A DNA stretch of 64,000 nt from the human T2T-CHM13v2.0 reference genome, Homo sapiens: NCBI RefSeq assembly GCF_009914755.1, contig NC_060933.1; one strand, written 5' to 3'. Shown piece after piece: positions 44,801 through 58,274 of the stretch. Made by a program: the position numbers and the translations under genes. Every line of letters starts with the position of its first letter. The first letter of the stretch is position 1. Under the pieces are notes generated by a model. It saw nothing but the letters and a program-made list of their open reading frames with translations. It was not told where the DNA came from and ran no database searches.

Positions 44801-47800
44801 CATTCCATTCCCTTCCATTCCATTCCATTCCATTCCTTTGCACTCGGGTTGATTCCATTCCATTCCCTGCCATTCCATTTCATTCCATTCCATTCCATTC
44901 CATTCCATTCCATTCGATTCCATTCCATTCCGTTCCATTCCATTCCATTACATTCGGATTGATTGTATTCAATTCCCTTAAACTCCATTACATTCCATTC
45001 CTTTCGGGTTGTTTCCGTTCCATTACATTCCATTCCACTCCATTCCATTGCACTCAGGTTGATTCCATTCCATTCCATTCCATTCCATTCCATTCCATTC
45101 CATTCCATTCCATTCCATTTCGTTCCATTCCATTCTATTCCGTACCATTCCATTCCATTCCATTCCATTCCATGCCATTCCACTCGGGTTGATTCCATTC
45201 CTTACCATTCCATTCGGGTTGAATAAATTCCATTCCATTCCATTGCATTCCGTTCCATTCCATTCCCCTGCAATCGGGTGGATTCCATTCTATTCCATTC
45301 CATTCCATTCATTCCATTCCATTCCATTCCATTTCGTTCCATTCCATTCTATTCCGTACCTTTCCATTCCATTCCATTCCATTCCATTCCATGCCATGCC
45401 ATTCCACTCGGGTTGATTCCATTCCTTTCCATTCCATTCTAGTTGAATCCATTCCATTGCTTTCCATTCCATTCGATTCCATTCAATTGCACACGGGTTC
45501 ATTCCATTCCATTCCATTCCATTCCATTCCATTCCATTCCGTTCCATTCCATTCCATTTCGTTCCATTCCATTCTATTCCGTACCATTCCCTTCCATTCC
45601 ATTCCATTCCACTCCGTTCCATGCCATTCCACTCGGGTTTATTCCATTCCTTTCCATTCCATTCGGGTTGAATCCATTCCATTCCATTCCATTCCATTCC
45701 ATTCCATTCCATTCCATTCCATTCCATGCCATTCCACTCGGGTTGATTCCATTCCTTTCCATTCCATTCGAGTTGAACCCATTCCATTCCATTCCATTCC
45801 ATTCCATTCCATTGCTCACGGGTTCATTCCATTCCATTCCATTCCATTCCATTCCATTCCATTCCATTTCGTTCCATTCCATTCTACTCCGTACCATTCC
45901 ATTCCATTCCATTCCCTTCCATGCCATTTCACTCGGGATTATTCCTTTCCTTTCCATTCCATTCGGGTTGAATCCATTCCATTCCATTCCATTGCATTCC
46001 ATTCCATTCCCCTGTAATCGGGTGGATTCCATTCTATTCCATTCCATTCCATTCCATTCCATTCCATTCCATTCCATTTCGTTCCATTCCATTCTATTCC
46101 GTACCTTTCCATTCCATTCCATTCCATTCCATTCCATGCCATTCCACTCGGGTTGATTCCATTGCTTTCCATTCCATTTGGGTTGAATCTAATCCATTCC
46201 ATTCCATTCAATTCCATTCCATTCCATTGCACTAGGTTTGATTCCATTTCACTGCATTCCATTCCATTCCATTCCATTAAATTCCATTCCACTCGGGTTG
46301 ATTCCATTCCTTTCCATTCCATTCGTGTTGAATGCATTGCATTCCATTCCATTACTTTCGATTCCATTCCATTGCACTCGGGTTGAACCCATTCCATTGG
46401 ATTCCATTCCATTCCATTGCATTCCATTCCGTTCCATTCCATTCCATTACATTCGTATTGATTCTATTCAATTCCCTTACACTCCATTCCATTCCATTCC
46501 ATTCCATTCGGGTTGTTTCCATTCCATTCCATTCCATTCCACTCCATTCCATTGCAATCGGGTTGATTCCATTCCATTCCATTCCATTCCATTCCGTATG
46601 ATTCCATTCCATTGCATTCCATTCCATTCCATTCCCCTGCACTCGGGTGGATTCCATTCTATTCCATTCCATTCCATTCCACTCTATTCCATTCCATTCC
46701 ATTCCATTCCATTCCATTCCATTCCATTCTATTCGGGTTAATTTCATTCCATTCCATTCCATTCCATTCCATTCAATTCCATTCCATTCCATTCCATTGA
46801 AATCGAGTTGATTTTATTTCATTCCATTCCATTCCATTCCATTCCATTCCATTGCATTCTATTCCGGTTAATTCCATTCCATTCCATTCCATTCCATTCC
46901 ATTCCATTCCATTCCATTCCATTCTATTAGGGTTAATTCCATTCCATTCCATTCCATTACATTCCATTGCAATCGAGTTGATTCCATTGCATTCCATTCC
47001 ATTCCATTCAATTCCGGATGATTGCATTCCATTGCCTTCCCTTCCATTCCATTCCCCTGCACTCGGGTTGATTCCATTCCTTTCCTTTCCATTCCATTCC
47101 ATTCCATTCCATTCCATTCCATTTCGTTTCATTCCGTTCTATTCCGTACCATTCCATTCCATTCCATTCCATTTCATTCCATTCCATTCCATGCCATTCC
47201 ACTCGGGTTGATTCCATTCCTTTCCATTCCATTCGACTTGAATCCATTCCATTCCATTCCATTCCATTCGATTCCATTCCATTGCAGACGGGTTCATTCC
47301 ATTCCATTCCATTCCTTTCCATTCCATTCCATTGCACACGGGTTCATTCCATTCCATTCCATTACATTACATTCCATTCCATTTTGTTCCATTCCATTCT
47401 ATTCCGTACCATTCCATTCCATTCCATTCCATTCCACTCCATTCCATGCCATTCCACTCGGGTTTATTCCATTCCTTTCCATTCCATTCGGGTTGAATCC
47501 ATTCCATTCCATTCCATTCCATTCCATTCAATTCCATTACATAGCACTCGGGTTGACTCCATTGCATTCCATTCCATTCCATTGCATTCCATTCCATTCC
47601 ATTCCATTCCATTGCATTCCATTCCATGCCATTCCACTCGGGTTGATTCCATTCCTTTCCATTCCATTCGAGTTTAACCCATTCCATTCCATTCCATTCC
47701 ATTCCATTCCATTGCAATCGAATTGATTCCATTCCATTCCATTCCATTCCATTCCATTCCATTCCATTCCATTCCATGCCATTCCACTCGGGTTGATTCC

Positions 47801-48949
47801 ATTGCTTTCCATTCGATTTGGGTTGAATCCAATCCATTCCATTCCATTCAATTCCATTCCTTTCCATTGCACTAGGTTTGATTCCATTCCACAGCATTCC
47901 ATTCCATTCCATTCCATTCCATTGCATTCCATTCCATTCCATTCCATTCCATTCCATTCCACTCGGGATGATTCCATTCCTTTCCATTCCATTCGGGTTG
48001 AAACCATTCCATTCCATTCCATTCCATTCCATTCAATTCCATTACATTGCACTCGGGTTGATTCCATTCCATTCCATTCCATTTCAATCCATTCCCTTCC
48101 ATTCCATTTCATTCCATTCCATTCCATTCCATTCCATTCCATTCCATTCCTTTCCATTCCATTCCATGCCATTCCACTCGGGTTGATTCCATTCCTTTCC
48201 ATTCCATTCTAGTTGAACCCATTCCATTCCATTCCATTCCATTCCATTCCATTCCATTGCACACGGGTTCATTCCATTCCATTCCATTCCATTCCATTCC
48301 ATTCCATTCCATTTCGTTCCATTCCATTCTATTCCTTACCATTCCATTCCATTCCATTCCCTTCCATGCCATTCCACTCCGGTTTATTCCATTCCTTTCC
48401 ATTCCATTTGGGTTGAATCCATTCCATTCCATTCCATTCCATTCCATTCCATTCCATGCCATTGCACTCGGGTTGATTCCATTCCTTTCCATTCCATTCG
48501 AATTGAACCCATTCCATTCCATTCCATTCCATTCCATTCCATTCCATTGCTCACGGGTTCATTCCATTCCATTCCATTCCATTCCATTTCATTCCATTCC
48601 ATTCTACTCCCTACCATTCCATTCCATTCCATTCCCTTCCATGCCATTTCACTCTGGTTTATTCCATTCCTTTCCATTCCATTCGGGTTGAATCCATTCC
48701 ATTCCATTCCATTCCATTCCATTCCATTGCGCTCGGGTTGATTCCATTCCATTCTATGCCATTCCATTTCATTCCATTCCATTCCATTCCATTCCATTCC
48801 ATTCCATTCCATTCCTTTCCTTTCAATTCCATTCCATTACATTCGGATTGATTCTTTTTAATTCCCTTACACTCCATTACATTCCATTCCATTCGGGTAC
48901 TTTCCATTCCATTCCATTCCATTCCACTGCATTCTATTGCACTCGCGTT

Positions 48950-51900
48950 GATTGATTCCATTCCATTGCATTCCATTCCATTCCATTCCTTTCCATTCCA
49001 TTCCATTCCATTCTGTTCAGGTTAATTCCATTCCATTCCATTCCCTTCCATTCCATTCCATTCCATTCCATCCCATTGCAATCGAGGTGATTCCATTGCA
49101 TTCCATTCCATTCCATTCCATTGCATTCCATTCCATTCCATTCCCCTGCACTCAGATTGATTCCATTCCATTCCTTTCCATTCCATTCCGTTCCATTCCT
49201 TTCCATTCCATTCTATTTGCGTTAATTCCGTTCCATTCCATTCCATTACATTCCTTTGCAATTGAGTTGATTCCATTCCATTCCGTTCCATTCCATTCCA
49301 TTCCATTCCATTCCATTCCATGCCATTCCACCCGGGTTGATTCCATTCCTTTACATTCCATTCGAGTTGAATCCATTCCATTCCATTCCATTCCATTCGA
49401 TTCCATTCCATTGCTCACGTGTTCATTCCATTCCATTCCATTCCATTCCATTCCATTTCGTTCCATTCCATTCTCTTCCGTAGTATTCCATTCCATTCCA
49501 TTCCACTCCATTCCATGCCATTCCACTCGGTTTGATTCCATTCCTTTCCATTCCATTCGGGTTGAATTCATTCCATTCCATTCCATTCCATTCCATTCAA
49601 TTCCATTACATTGCACTCGGGTTGATTCCATTCCATTCCATTCCATTTCAATCCATTCCCTTCCATTCCATTTCATTCCATTCCATTCCATTCCATTCCA
49701 TTCCATTCCATTCCTTTCCATTCCATTCCATGCCATTCCACTCGGGTTGATTCCATTCCTTTCCATTCCATTCTAGTTGAACCCATTCCATTCCATTCCA
49801 TTCCATTCCATTCCATTCCATTCCATTGCACACGGGTTCATTCCATTCCATTCCATTCCATTCCATTCCATTCCATTCCATTTCGTTCCATTCCATTCTA
49901 TTCCTTACCATTCCATTCCATTCCATTCCCTTCCATGCCATTTCACTCGGGTTTATTCCATTCCTTTCCATTCCATTCGGGTTGAATCCATTCCATTCCA
50001 TTCCATTCCATTCCATTGAACTCGGGTTGATTCCATTCCATTCCATGCCATTCCATTTCATTCCATTCCATTCCATTCCATTCCATTCCATTCCATTCCA
50101 TTCCGTTCCCTTCCATTCCATTACACTCGGATTGATTCTTTTTAATTCGCTTACACTCCATTACATTCCTTTCCATTCGGGTACTTTCCATTCCATTCCA
50201 TTCCATTCCAGTGCATTCTATTGCACTCGGGTTGATTGATTCCATTCCATTGCATTCCATTCCATTCCATTCCCCTGCACTCGGGTTGATCCCATTCCAT
50301 TGCATTCCATTTCATTCCATTCCATTCCATTCCGTTCCATTCCATTCCATTCCATTCTCTTCAGCTTAATTCCATTCAATTCCATTCCCTTCCTTTCTGT
50401 TCCATTCCATTCCATTCCATTCTGTTCAGGTTAATTCCATTCCATTCCATTCCCTTCCATTCCATTCCATTCCATTCCATCCCATTGCCATCTAGTTGAT
50501 TCCATTGCATTCCATTCCATTCCATTCCATTCCATTGCATTCCATTCCATTCCATTCCCCTGCACTCAGATTGATTCCATTCCATCCCATTCCATTCCAT
50601 TCCGTTCCATTACATTCCATTCCATTCTATTCGCGTTAATTCCATTCCATTCCATTACATTCCATTGCAATCGAGTTGATTCCATTCCATTCCGTTCCAT
50701 TCCATTCCATTCCATTCCATTTCATTCCATTCCATTCTATTCTGCACCATTCCATTCCATTCCATTCCATTCCATTCCATTCCATGCCATTCCACTCGGG
50801 TTGATTCCATTGCTTTCCATTCCATTTGGGTTGAATCCAATCCATTCCATTCCATTCCATTCCATTCCATTCCATTCCATTCCGTTCCATTCCATTCCAT
50901 TGCACTAGGTTTGATTCCATTCCACTGCATTCCATTCCATTCCATTCCGTTCCATTCCATTCCATTACATTCGGATTCATTGTATTCAATTCCCTTACAC
51001 TCCATTATATTCCATTCCATTCGGGTTGTTTCCATTCCATTACATTCCATTCCACTCCATTCCATTGCACTCAGGTTGATTCCATTCCATTCCATTCCAT
51101 TCCATTCCATTTCGTTCCATTCCATTCTATTCCGTACCATTCCTTTCCATTCCATTCCATTCCATTCCATGCGATTCCACTCAGGTTTATTCCATTCCTT
51201 TCCATTCCATTCGGGTTGAATCCATTCCATTCCATTCCATTCCATTCCATTCCTTTGCACTCGGGTTGATTCCATTCCATTCCCTGCCATTCCATTTCAT
51301 TCCATTCCATTCCATTCCATTCCATTCCATTCCACTGCATTCTATTGCACTCGGGTTGATTGATTCCATTCCATTGCATTCCATTCCATTCCATTCCATT
51401 CTGTTCAGGTTAATTCCATTCCATTCCATTCCCTTCCATTCCATTCCATTCCATTCCATCCCATTGCAATCGAGGTGATTCCATTGCATTCCATTCCATT
51501 CCATTCCATTGCATTCCATTCCATTGCATTCCCCTGCACTCAGATTGATTCCATTCCATTCCTTTCCATTCCATTCCGTTCAATTCCTTTCCATTCCATT
51601 CTAATTGCGTTAATTCCGTTCCATTCCATTCCATTACATTCCTTTGCAATCGAGTTGATTCCATTCCATTCCGTTCCATTCCATTCCATTCCATTCCATT
51701 CCATTCCATGCCATTCCACTCGGGTTGATTCCATTCCTTTCCATTCCATTCGAGTTGAATCCATTCCATTCCATTCTATTCCATTCGATTCCATTCCATT
51801 GCTCACGTGTTCATTCCATTCCATTCCATTCCATTTCGTTCCATTCCATTCTCTTCCGTAGTATTCCATTCCATTCCATTCCACTCCATTCCATGCCATT

Positions 51901-52193
51901 CCACTCGGGTTTATTCCATTCCTTTCCATTCCATTCGGGTTGAATTCATTCCATTCCATTCCATTCCATTCCTTTCCATTCAATTCCATTACATTGCACT
52001 CGGGTTGAACCCATTCCATTCCATTCCATTTCAATCCATTCCCTTCCATTCCATTTCATTCCGTTCCATTCCATTCCATTCCATTCCATTCCATGCCATT
52101 CCACTCGGTTTGATTCCATTCCTTTCCATTCCATTCTAGTTGAACCCATTCCATTCCATTCCATTCCATTCCATTCCATTCCATTGCACACGG
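48950..52193 (+). repeat. Dispersed duplication 48950-49835 / 51360-52193, second copy truncated by the inversion
   Basis: ORF offsets 49022/51410 and 49152/51540 equal 2388. Shared variants are cgaggtgatt, ttccgtagtattcc, gctcacgtgttc and ttctagttgaaccc. Confidence 0.82.
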
Positions 52194-52205
52194 AATGGAA
52201 TGGAA
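52181..52205. other. Strand-switch (inversion) junction
   Basis: The sequence reads ...ccattccattgcacacgg|aatggaatggaa... The usual motif ttgcacacgggttcattcc (intact at 49826-49845) is cut after 'cacacgg' and joined directly to GGAAT repeats. There is no inserted foreign DNA, and 2-3 nt (gg/cgg) are assignable to either side. Confidence 0.95.
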
Positions 52206-55200
52206 TGGAAACAACCCGAATGGAATGGAATGTAATGGAGTGTAAGGGAATTGAATGCAATCAATCCGAATGTAATGGAATGGAATGGAACGGAATGGAA
52301 TGGAATGGAATGGAATGGAATGGAATGGAAGGGGTTGGATTCAACCCAAATGGAATGGAAAGCAATGGAATCAACCCGAGTGGAATGGCATGGAATGGAA
52401 TGGCATGGAATGGAATGGAATGCAATGGAATGGAATGTTAAGGAATAGAAAGGAATGGAACGAAATGGAATGGAATGGAATGGAATGGAATGGAATGGAA
52501 TGGAATGGAATGGAATCAACCTGACTGCAATGGAATGGAGTGGAATGGAATGTAATGGAATGGAAACAGCCCGAATGGAATCGAATGTAATGGAGTGTAA
52601 GGGAATTGAGTACAATCAGTACGAATGTAATGGAATGGAATGGAACGGAATGGAATGGAATGGAAAGGAATGGAATCAACACGAGTGCAGGGGAATGGAA
52701 TTGAATGGAATGCAATGGAATGGAATCATCCTGAATGGAATGGAATGCAATGGAATGGAATCAATCAACCCGAGTGCATTAGAATGCAGAGGAATGGAAT
52801 GGAATGGAATGGAAACTACCCGAATGGAATGGAATGTAATGGAGTGTAAGGGAATTAAAAAGAATCAATCCGAATGTAATGGAATTGAACGGAAAGGAAT
52901 GGAATGGAGTGGAACGGAATGGAATGGAATGGAATGAAATGGAATGGCATGGAATGGAATGGAATCAACCCGAGTTCAATGGAATGGAATGGAATGGAAT
53001 GGAATGGAATGGAATGGATTCAACCCGAATGGAATGGAAAGGAATGGAATCAACCCGAGTGAAATGGCATGGAAGGGAATGGAATGGAATGGAATGGTAA
53101 GGAATAGAATGGAATGGAACGAAATGGAATGGAATGGAATGGAATGCAATGGAATGGAATGGAATGGAATGGAATGAACCCGTGTGCAATGGAATGGAAT
53201 GGAATGCAATGGAATAGAATGGAATGGGTTCAACTGGAATGGAATGGAAAGGAATGGAATCAACCCGAGTGGAATGGCATGGAATGGAATGGAATGGAAG
53301 GGAATGGAATGGAATGGAATGAAATGGAATGGAAGGGAATGGAATGAAATGGAATTGAATGGAATGGAATCAACCCGAGTGCAATGGAATGGAATGGAAT
53401 GGAATGGAATGGAATGGAATGGAATGAATTCAACCCGAATGGAATGGAAAGGAATGGAATAAACCCGAGTGGAATGGCATGGAATGGAGTGGAATGGAAT
53501 GGAATGGAATGGTACGGAAGAGAATGGAATGGAACGAAATGGAATGAAATGGAATAGAATGGAATGGAATGAACCCGTGAGCAATGGAATGGAATCGAAT
53601 GGAATGGAATCGAATGGAATGGAAAGTAATGGAATCAACCCGAGTGGAATGGCATGGAATGGAATGGAATGGAATGGAAAGGAATGGAATAAACCCGAGT
53701 GTAGAGGAATGGAATGGAATGGAAGGCAATGGATTGGAATGAAATGGAATGGCATGGAATGGAATGGAATGGAAAGGAATGGAATTAAACCTAATAGAAT
53801 GGAATGGAATGGAATAGAATGGAATGGAATGGAAGGGAACGGAATGGAATGGAATGGAATTAACCCGAATAGAATGGAATGGAATGGAATTGAATGGAAT
53901 GGAATGGAATGGAATCAACTCGATTTCAATGGAATGGAATGGAATGGAATGGAATGGAATGGAATGGAATGGAATAGAATGGAATCCACCCGAGTGCAGG
54001 GGAATGGAATGGAATAGAATGCAATGGAATGGAATCATACGGAATGGAATGGAATGGAATGGAATTGAATGGAATGGAATGGAATGGAAACAACCCGAAT
54101 GGAATGGAATGTGATGGATTGTAAGGGAATTGAATAGAATCAATCCGAATGTAATGGAATTGAATGGAACGGAATGGAATGGAATGGAATGGAATGGAAT
54201 GGAATGGAATGGAATGCAAAGGAATGGGATCAACCCGAGTGCAATGGAATGGAATCGAAAGGAATGGAATGGAATGGAAAGGCTTCACCCCGAATGGAAT
54301 GGAAAGGAATGGAATCAACCCGAGTGGAATGGAATGGAATGGAATGGAATAGAATGGAATGGAATGGAATGCAATGGAATGGAACGGAATGGAATCAACC
54401 CGATTGCAATGAAATTGAATGGAATGGAATGGAATGGAATGGTATGGAATGGAATGGAACGGAATGGAATGGAATGGAATTGAATGGAATCAACCCGGGT
54501 GCAGGGGAATGCAATTGAATGGAAGGCAATGGAATGCAATCATCCGGAATGGAATGGAATAGAATGGAATGGAATGGTTTCAACCCGAATGGAATGGAAT
54601 GGAAAGGAATCAACCCGAGTGGAATGGCATGGAATGGAATGGAATGGAATGCAATGGAATGGAATGGAATGGAATGGTATGGAATAGAATGGAATGGAAC
54701 GAAATGGAATGGAAGGGAATGGAATGGAATGGAATGGAATCAACCCGACTGCAATGGAATGGAGTGGAATGGAATGGAATGGAATGGAAACAACCCGAAT
54801 GGAATGGAATGTAATGGAGTGTAAGGGAATTGAATACAATCAATACGAATGTAATGGAATGGAATGGAACGGAATGGAATGGAATGGAATGGAATGGAAT
54901 GGAATGGATTCAACCCAAATGGAATGGAAAGCAATGGAATCAACCAGAGTGGAATGGCATGGAACGGAATGGAATGGAATGGTATGGAATAGAATGGAAT
55001 GGAAAGAAATGGAATGGAATGGAATGGAATGGAACGGAATGGAATGGAAAGGAATAGAATGGAATAGAATGGAATAGAATGGAATGGAACGAAATGGAAT
55101 GGAACGGAATGGAATGGAATCAATCCGAGTGGAATAGAAGGGAATGCAATCGAGTAGAATGGAAAGGAATGGAATCAACCAGAGTGGAATGGAAGGGAAT

Positions 55201-55540
55201 GGAATGGAATGGAAACTAATAAAATGGAATCAACACGAGTGGAATGGAATGGAAAGGACTTGAATGGAATGGAATGGAATGGAATGGAATCAACTCGATT
55301 GCAATGGAATGTAACGGAATGGAATTGAATGGAATTAATGCGAATAGAATGGATTGGAATGGAATGGAACGGAATGGAATGGAATGGAATGGAATGGAAT
55401 CAAACTGAGTGCAGGGGAATGGAATGGAATGGAATGGAATAGAATGGAATGGAATGGAAGGGAATGGAATGGAATGGAATTAACCTGAACAGAATGGAAT
55501 GGAATGGAATGGAACGGAATGGAATGGAATGGAATGGAAT
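52194..55540 (-). repeat. Sub-domain B' (inverted); 52.7-55.5 kb is a paralog of ~38.54-41.37 kb
   Basis: Rare markers match in reverse complement and in order: ggcttcacccc 54281 / ggggtgaagcc 39905; aaggacttgaa ~55255 / ttcaagtcctt ~38807; ttaatgcgaa ~55335 / ttcgcattaa ~38727; caaactgagt 55401 / actcagtttg 38661; ggaaagtaat 53621 / attactttcc 40651; ttcaactgga ~53229 / tccagttgaa ~41082. Confidence 0.85.
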
Positions 55541-58274
55541 GGAATGGAATGGAGTGTAAGGGAATTGAATAGAATCAATCCGAATGGAATGGAATGGAAT
55601 GGAACGCAATGTAATGGAATGGAATGGAATGGAATCAACCCGAGTGCAGGGGAATGGAAAGGAATTGAATGCAATGGAAGGGAATCATCCGGAATGGAAT
55701 GGAATGGAATGCAATGGAATGGAATCAATCCGAGTACAATGGAATGGAATGGAATGGAATGGAATGGAATGGAATGCCTTCAAACCTAATGGAATGGAAA
55801 GGAATGCAATCAACACGAGTGGAATGGAATGGAATGGAATGGAATGGAATGGAATGGAATGATACGGAATAGAATGGAATGGAACGAAATGGAATGGAAT
55901 GGAATGGAATGGAATGGAATGGAATGGAATGGAATGGAATGGAATGGAATCGTTCCGAGTGGAATAGGAGGGAATGTATTCGAGTGGAATGGAAAGGAAT
56001 GGAATCAGCAGAGTGGAATGGAAGGGAATGGAATGGAATGGAAACTAATAGAATGGAATCAACCCGAGTGGAATGGAATGGAAAGGATTGGAATGGAATG
56101 GAATGGAATGGAATGGAATGGAATCAACTCGATTGTAATGGAATGGAATGGAATGGAATGGAATGGAATGGAATGGAATTAACCCGAATACAATGGAATG
56201 GAATGGAATGGAAGGGAATGGAGTAGAATGGAATGGAATCAACCCGAGTGCAGGGGAATGGAATGGAATGGAATGCAATGGAATGGAATCATCCGGAATG
56301 GAATGGAATGGAATGGAATGCAAAGCAATGGAATCAACTCGATTGCAATGGAATGGAATGGAATGGAAAGGAATACATTGGAATCAACCCGAGTGGAATG
56401 GAATGGAAAGGACTGGAATGGAGTGGAATGGAATGGAATGGTATGGAATAGAATCAACTCGATTGGAATGGAATGGAATGGAATGGAATTAACCCGAATA
56501 GAATGGAATAGAATGGAATGGAACGGAACGGAACGGAACGGAATGAAATGGAATGGAATGGAATGGAATGGAATGGAATCAACCCGACTGCAGGGGAATG
56601 GAATGGAATGGAAACGAATGGAATGGATTCAACTTGAATGGAATGGAAAGAATGGAATCAACAGGAGTGGAATGGCATGGATTGGAATGGAATGGAATGG
56701 AATCAACCCGAGTACAGGGGAAAGGAATGGAATGGAATGCAATGGAATGGAATCATCCATAATGGAATGGAAAGGAATGGAATGGAATGGAATGGAATGG
56801 AATGGAATGGAATGGAATGGAATGGAATCAACTCGATTGCAATCGAATGGAATGGAATGGAATTAACCCGAATAGAATGGAATGGAATGGAATGGAACGG
56901 AACGGAACGGAATGGAATGGAATGGAATGGAATGGAACGGAAAGGAATAGAATGGAATCAACCCGAGTGGAATGGAATGGAAAGGACTGGAATTGAGTGG
57001 AATGGAATGGAATGGAATGGAATGCAATCAACTCGATTGGAATGGAATGGAATGGAATGGAATGGAATGGAATGGAATGGAATCAACTCGATTGGAATGG
57101 AATGGAATGGAATGGAATGGAATGGAATGGAATGGAATTAACCCAAATAGAATGGAATGGAATGGAATGGAACGGAACGGAATGGAATGGAATGGAATGG
57201 AATAGAATGGAATGGAACGGAACGGAACGGAATGGAATGGAATGGAATGGAATGGAATGGAATCAACGCGAGTGCAGGGGAATGTAATGGAACGGAATGC
57301 AGTGGAATGGAATCATCCGGAATGGAATGGAATGGAATGGAATGGAATGGAATGGAACAACCCGAATGGAATGGAATGTAATGGAGAGTAAGGTAGTTGA
57401 ATAGAATCAATCCGAATGTAATGGAATGGAATGCAACGGATTGGAATGGAATTGAATGGAATGGAATGCAATGGAATGGAATCAAGCCGAGTACAATGGA
57501 ATGGAATGGAATGGAATGGAATGGAATGGAATGGAATGGAATGGAAAGCCTTCAAACCGAATGGAATGGAAAGGAATGGAATCAACACGAGTGGAATGGA
57601 ATGGAATGGAATGGAATGGAATGGAATGGAATGGAATGATACGGAATAGAATGGAATGGAACGAAATGGAATGGAATGGAATGGAATGGAATGGAATGGA
57701 ATGGAATGGTATGGAATCGTTCCGAGTGGAATAGGAGGGAATGTATTCGAGTGGAATGGAAAGGAATGGAATCAACCAGAGTGGAATGGAAGGGAATGGA
57801 ATGGAATGGAAAATAATAGAATGGAATCAACCCGAGTGGAATGGAATGGAAAGGACTGGAATGGAATGGAATGGAATGGAATGGAATGGAATGGAATCAA
57901 CTCGATTGTAATGGAATGGAATGGAATGGAATGGAATGGAATGGAATGGAATGGAATTAACCCGAATACAATGGAATGGAATGGAATGCAACGGAATGGA
58001 GTGGAATGGAATGGAATCAACCCGAGTGCAGGGGAATGCAATGGAATGGAATGCAATGGAATGGAGTCATCCGGAATGGAATGGAATGGAATGGAATGCA
58101 AAGCAATGGAATCAACTCGATTGCAATGGAATGGAATGGAATGGAAAGGAATACATTGGAATCAACCCGAGTGGAATGGAATGGAAAGGACTGGAATGGA
58201 GTGGAATGGAATGGAATGGAATGGAATGGAATCAACTCGATTGGAATGGAATGGAATGGAATGGAATGGAATGG

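Larger units (their letters stand above)
1..52193 (+). repeat. Satellite III (HSat3) array, left arm, C-rich (CATTC)n strand on +
   Basis: Continuous CATTC pentamer with single-base variants (CGTTC, CTTTC, TATTC, CATTG, CATTA) and regularly interspersed decamers ACTCGGGTTG/AATCGAGTTG/ATTCGGGTTA. The A(C/T)TCGGGTTG (CAACCCGART) decamer in an ATTCC repeat is the classical Satellite 3 diagnostic. It is not HSat2, because CATTCGATTC is rare here. Confidence 0.96.
34181..52193 (+). repeat. Sub-domain B of the HSat3 array
   Basis: A different vocabulary: TGTTCAGGTTAA, GGTTGATTGATT, GCACTAGGTTTG, CATTTGGGTTGAATCC, GTTGAACCCATT, GATTCTTTTTAATT, GGGTACTTTCC, and frequent CCATGCCATTCCACTCGGG. The A-diagnostic motifs are absent or very rare. 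Confidence 0.8.

Noticed and set aside
52181-52205. Transposon insertion or target-site duplication at the junction
   Set aside because: No non-satellite sequence, poly(A), terminal repeats or TSD; both sides are accounted for by satellite motifs.
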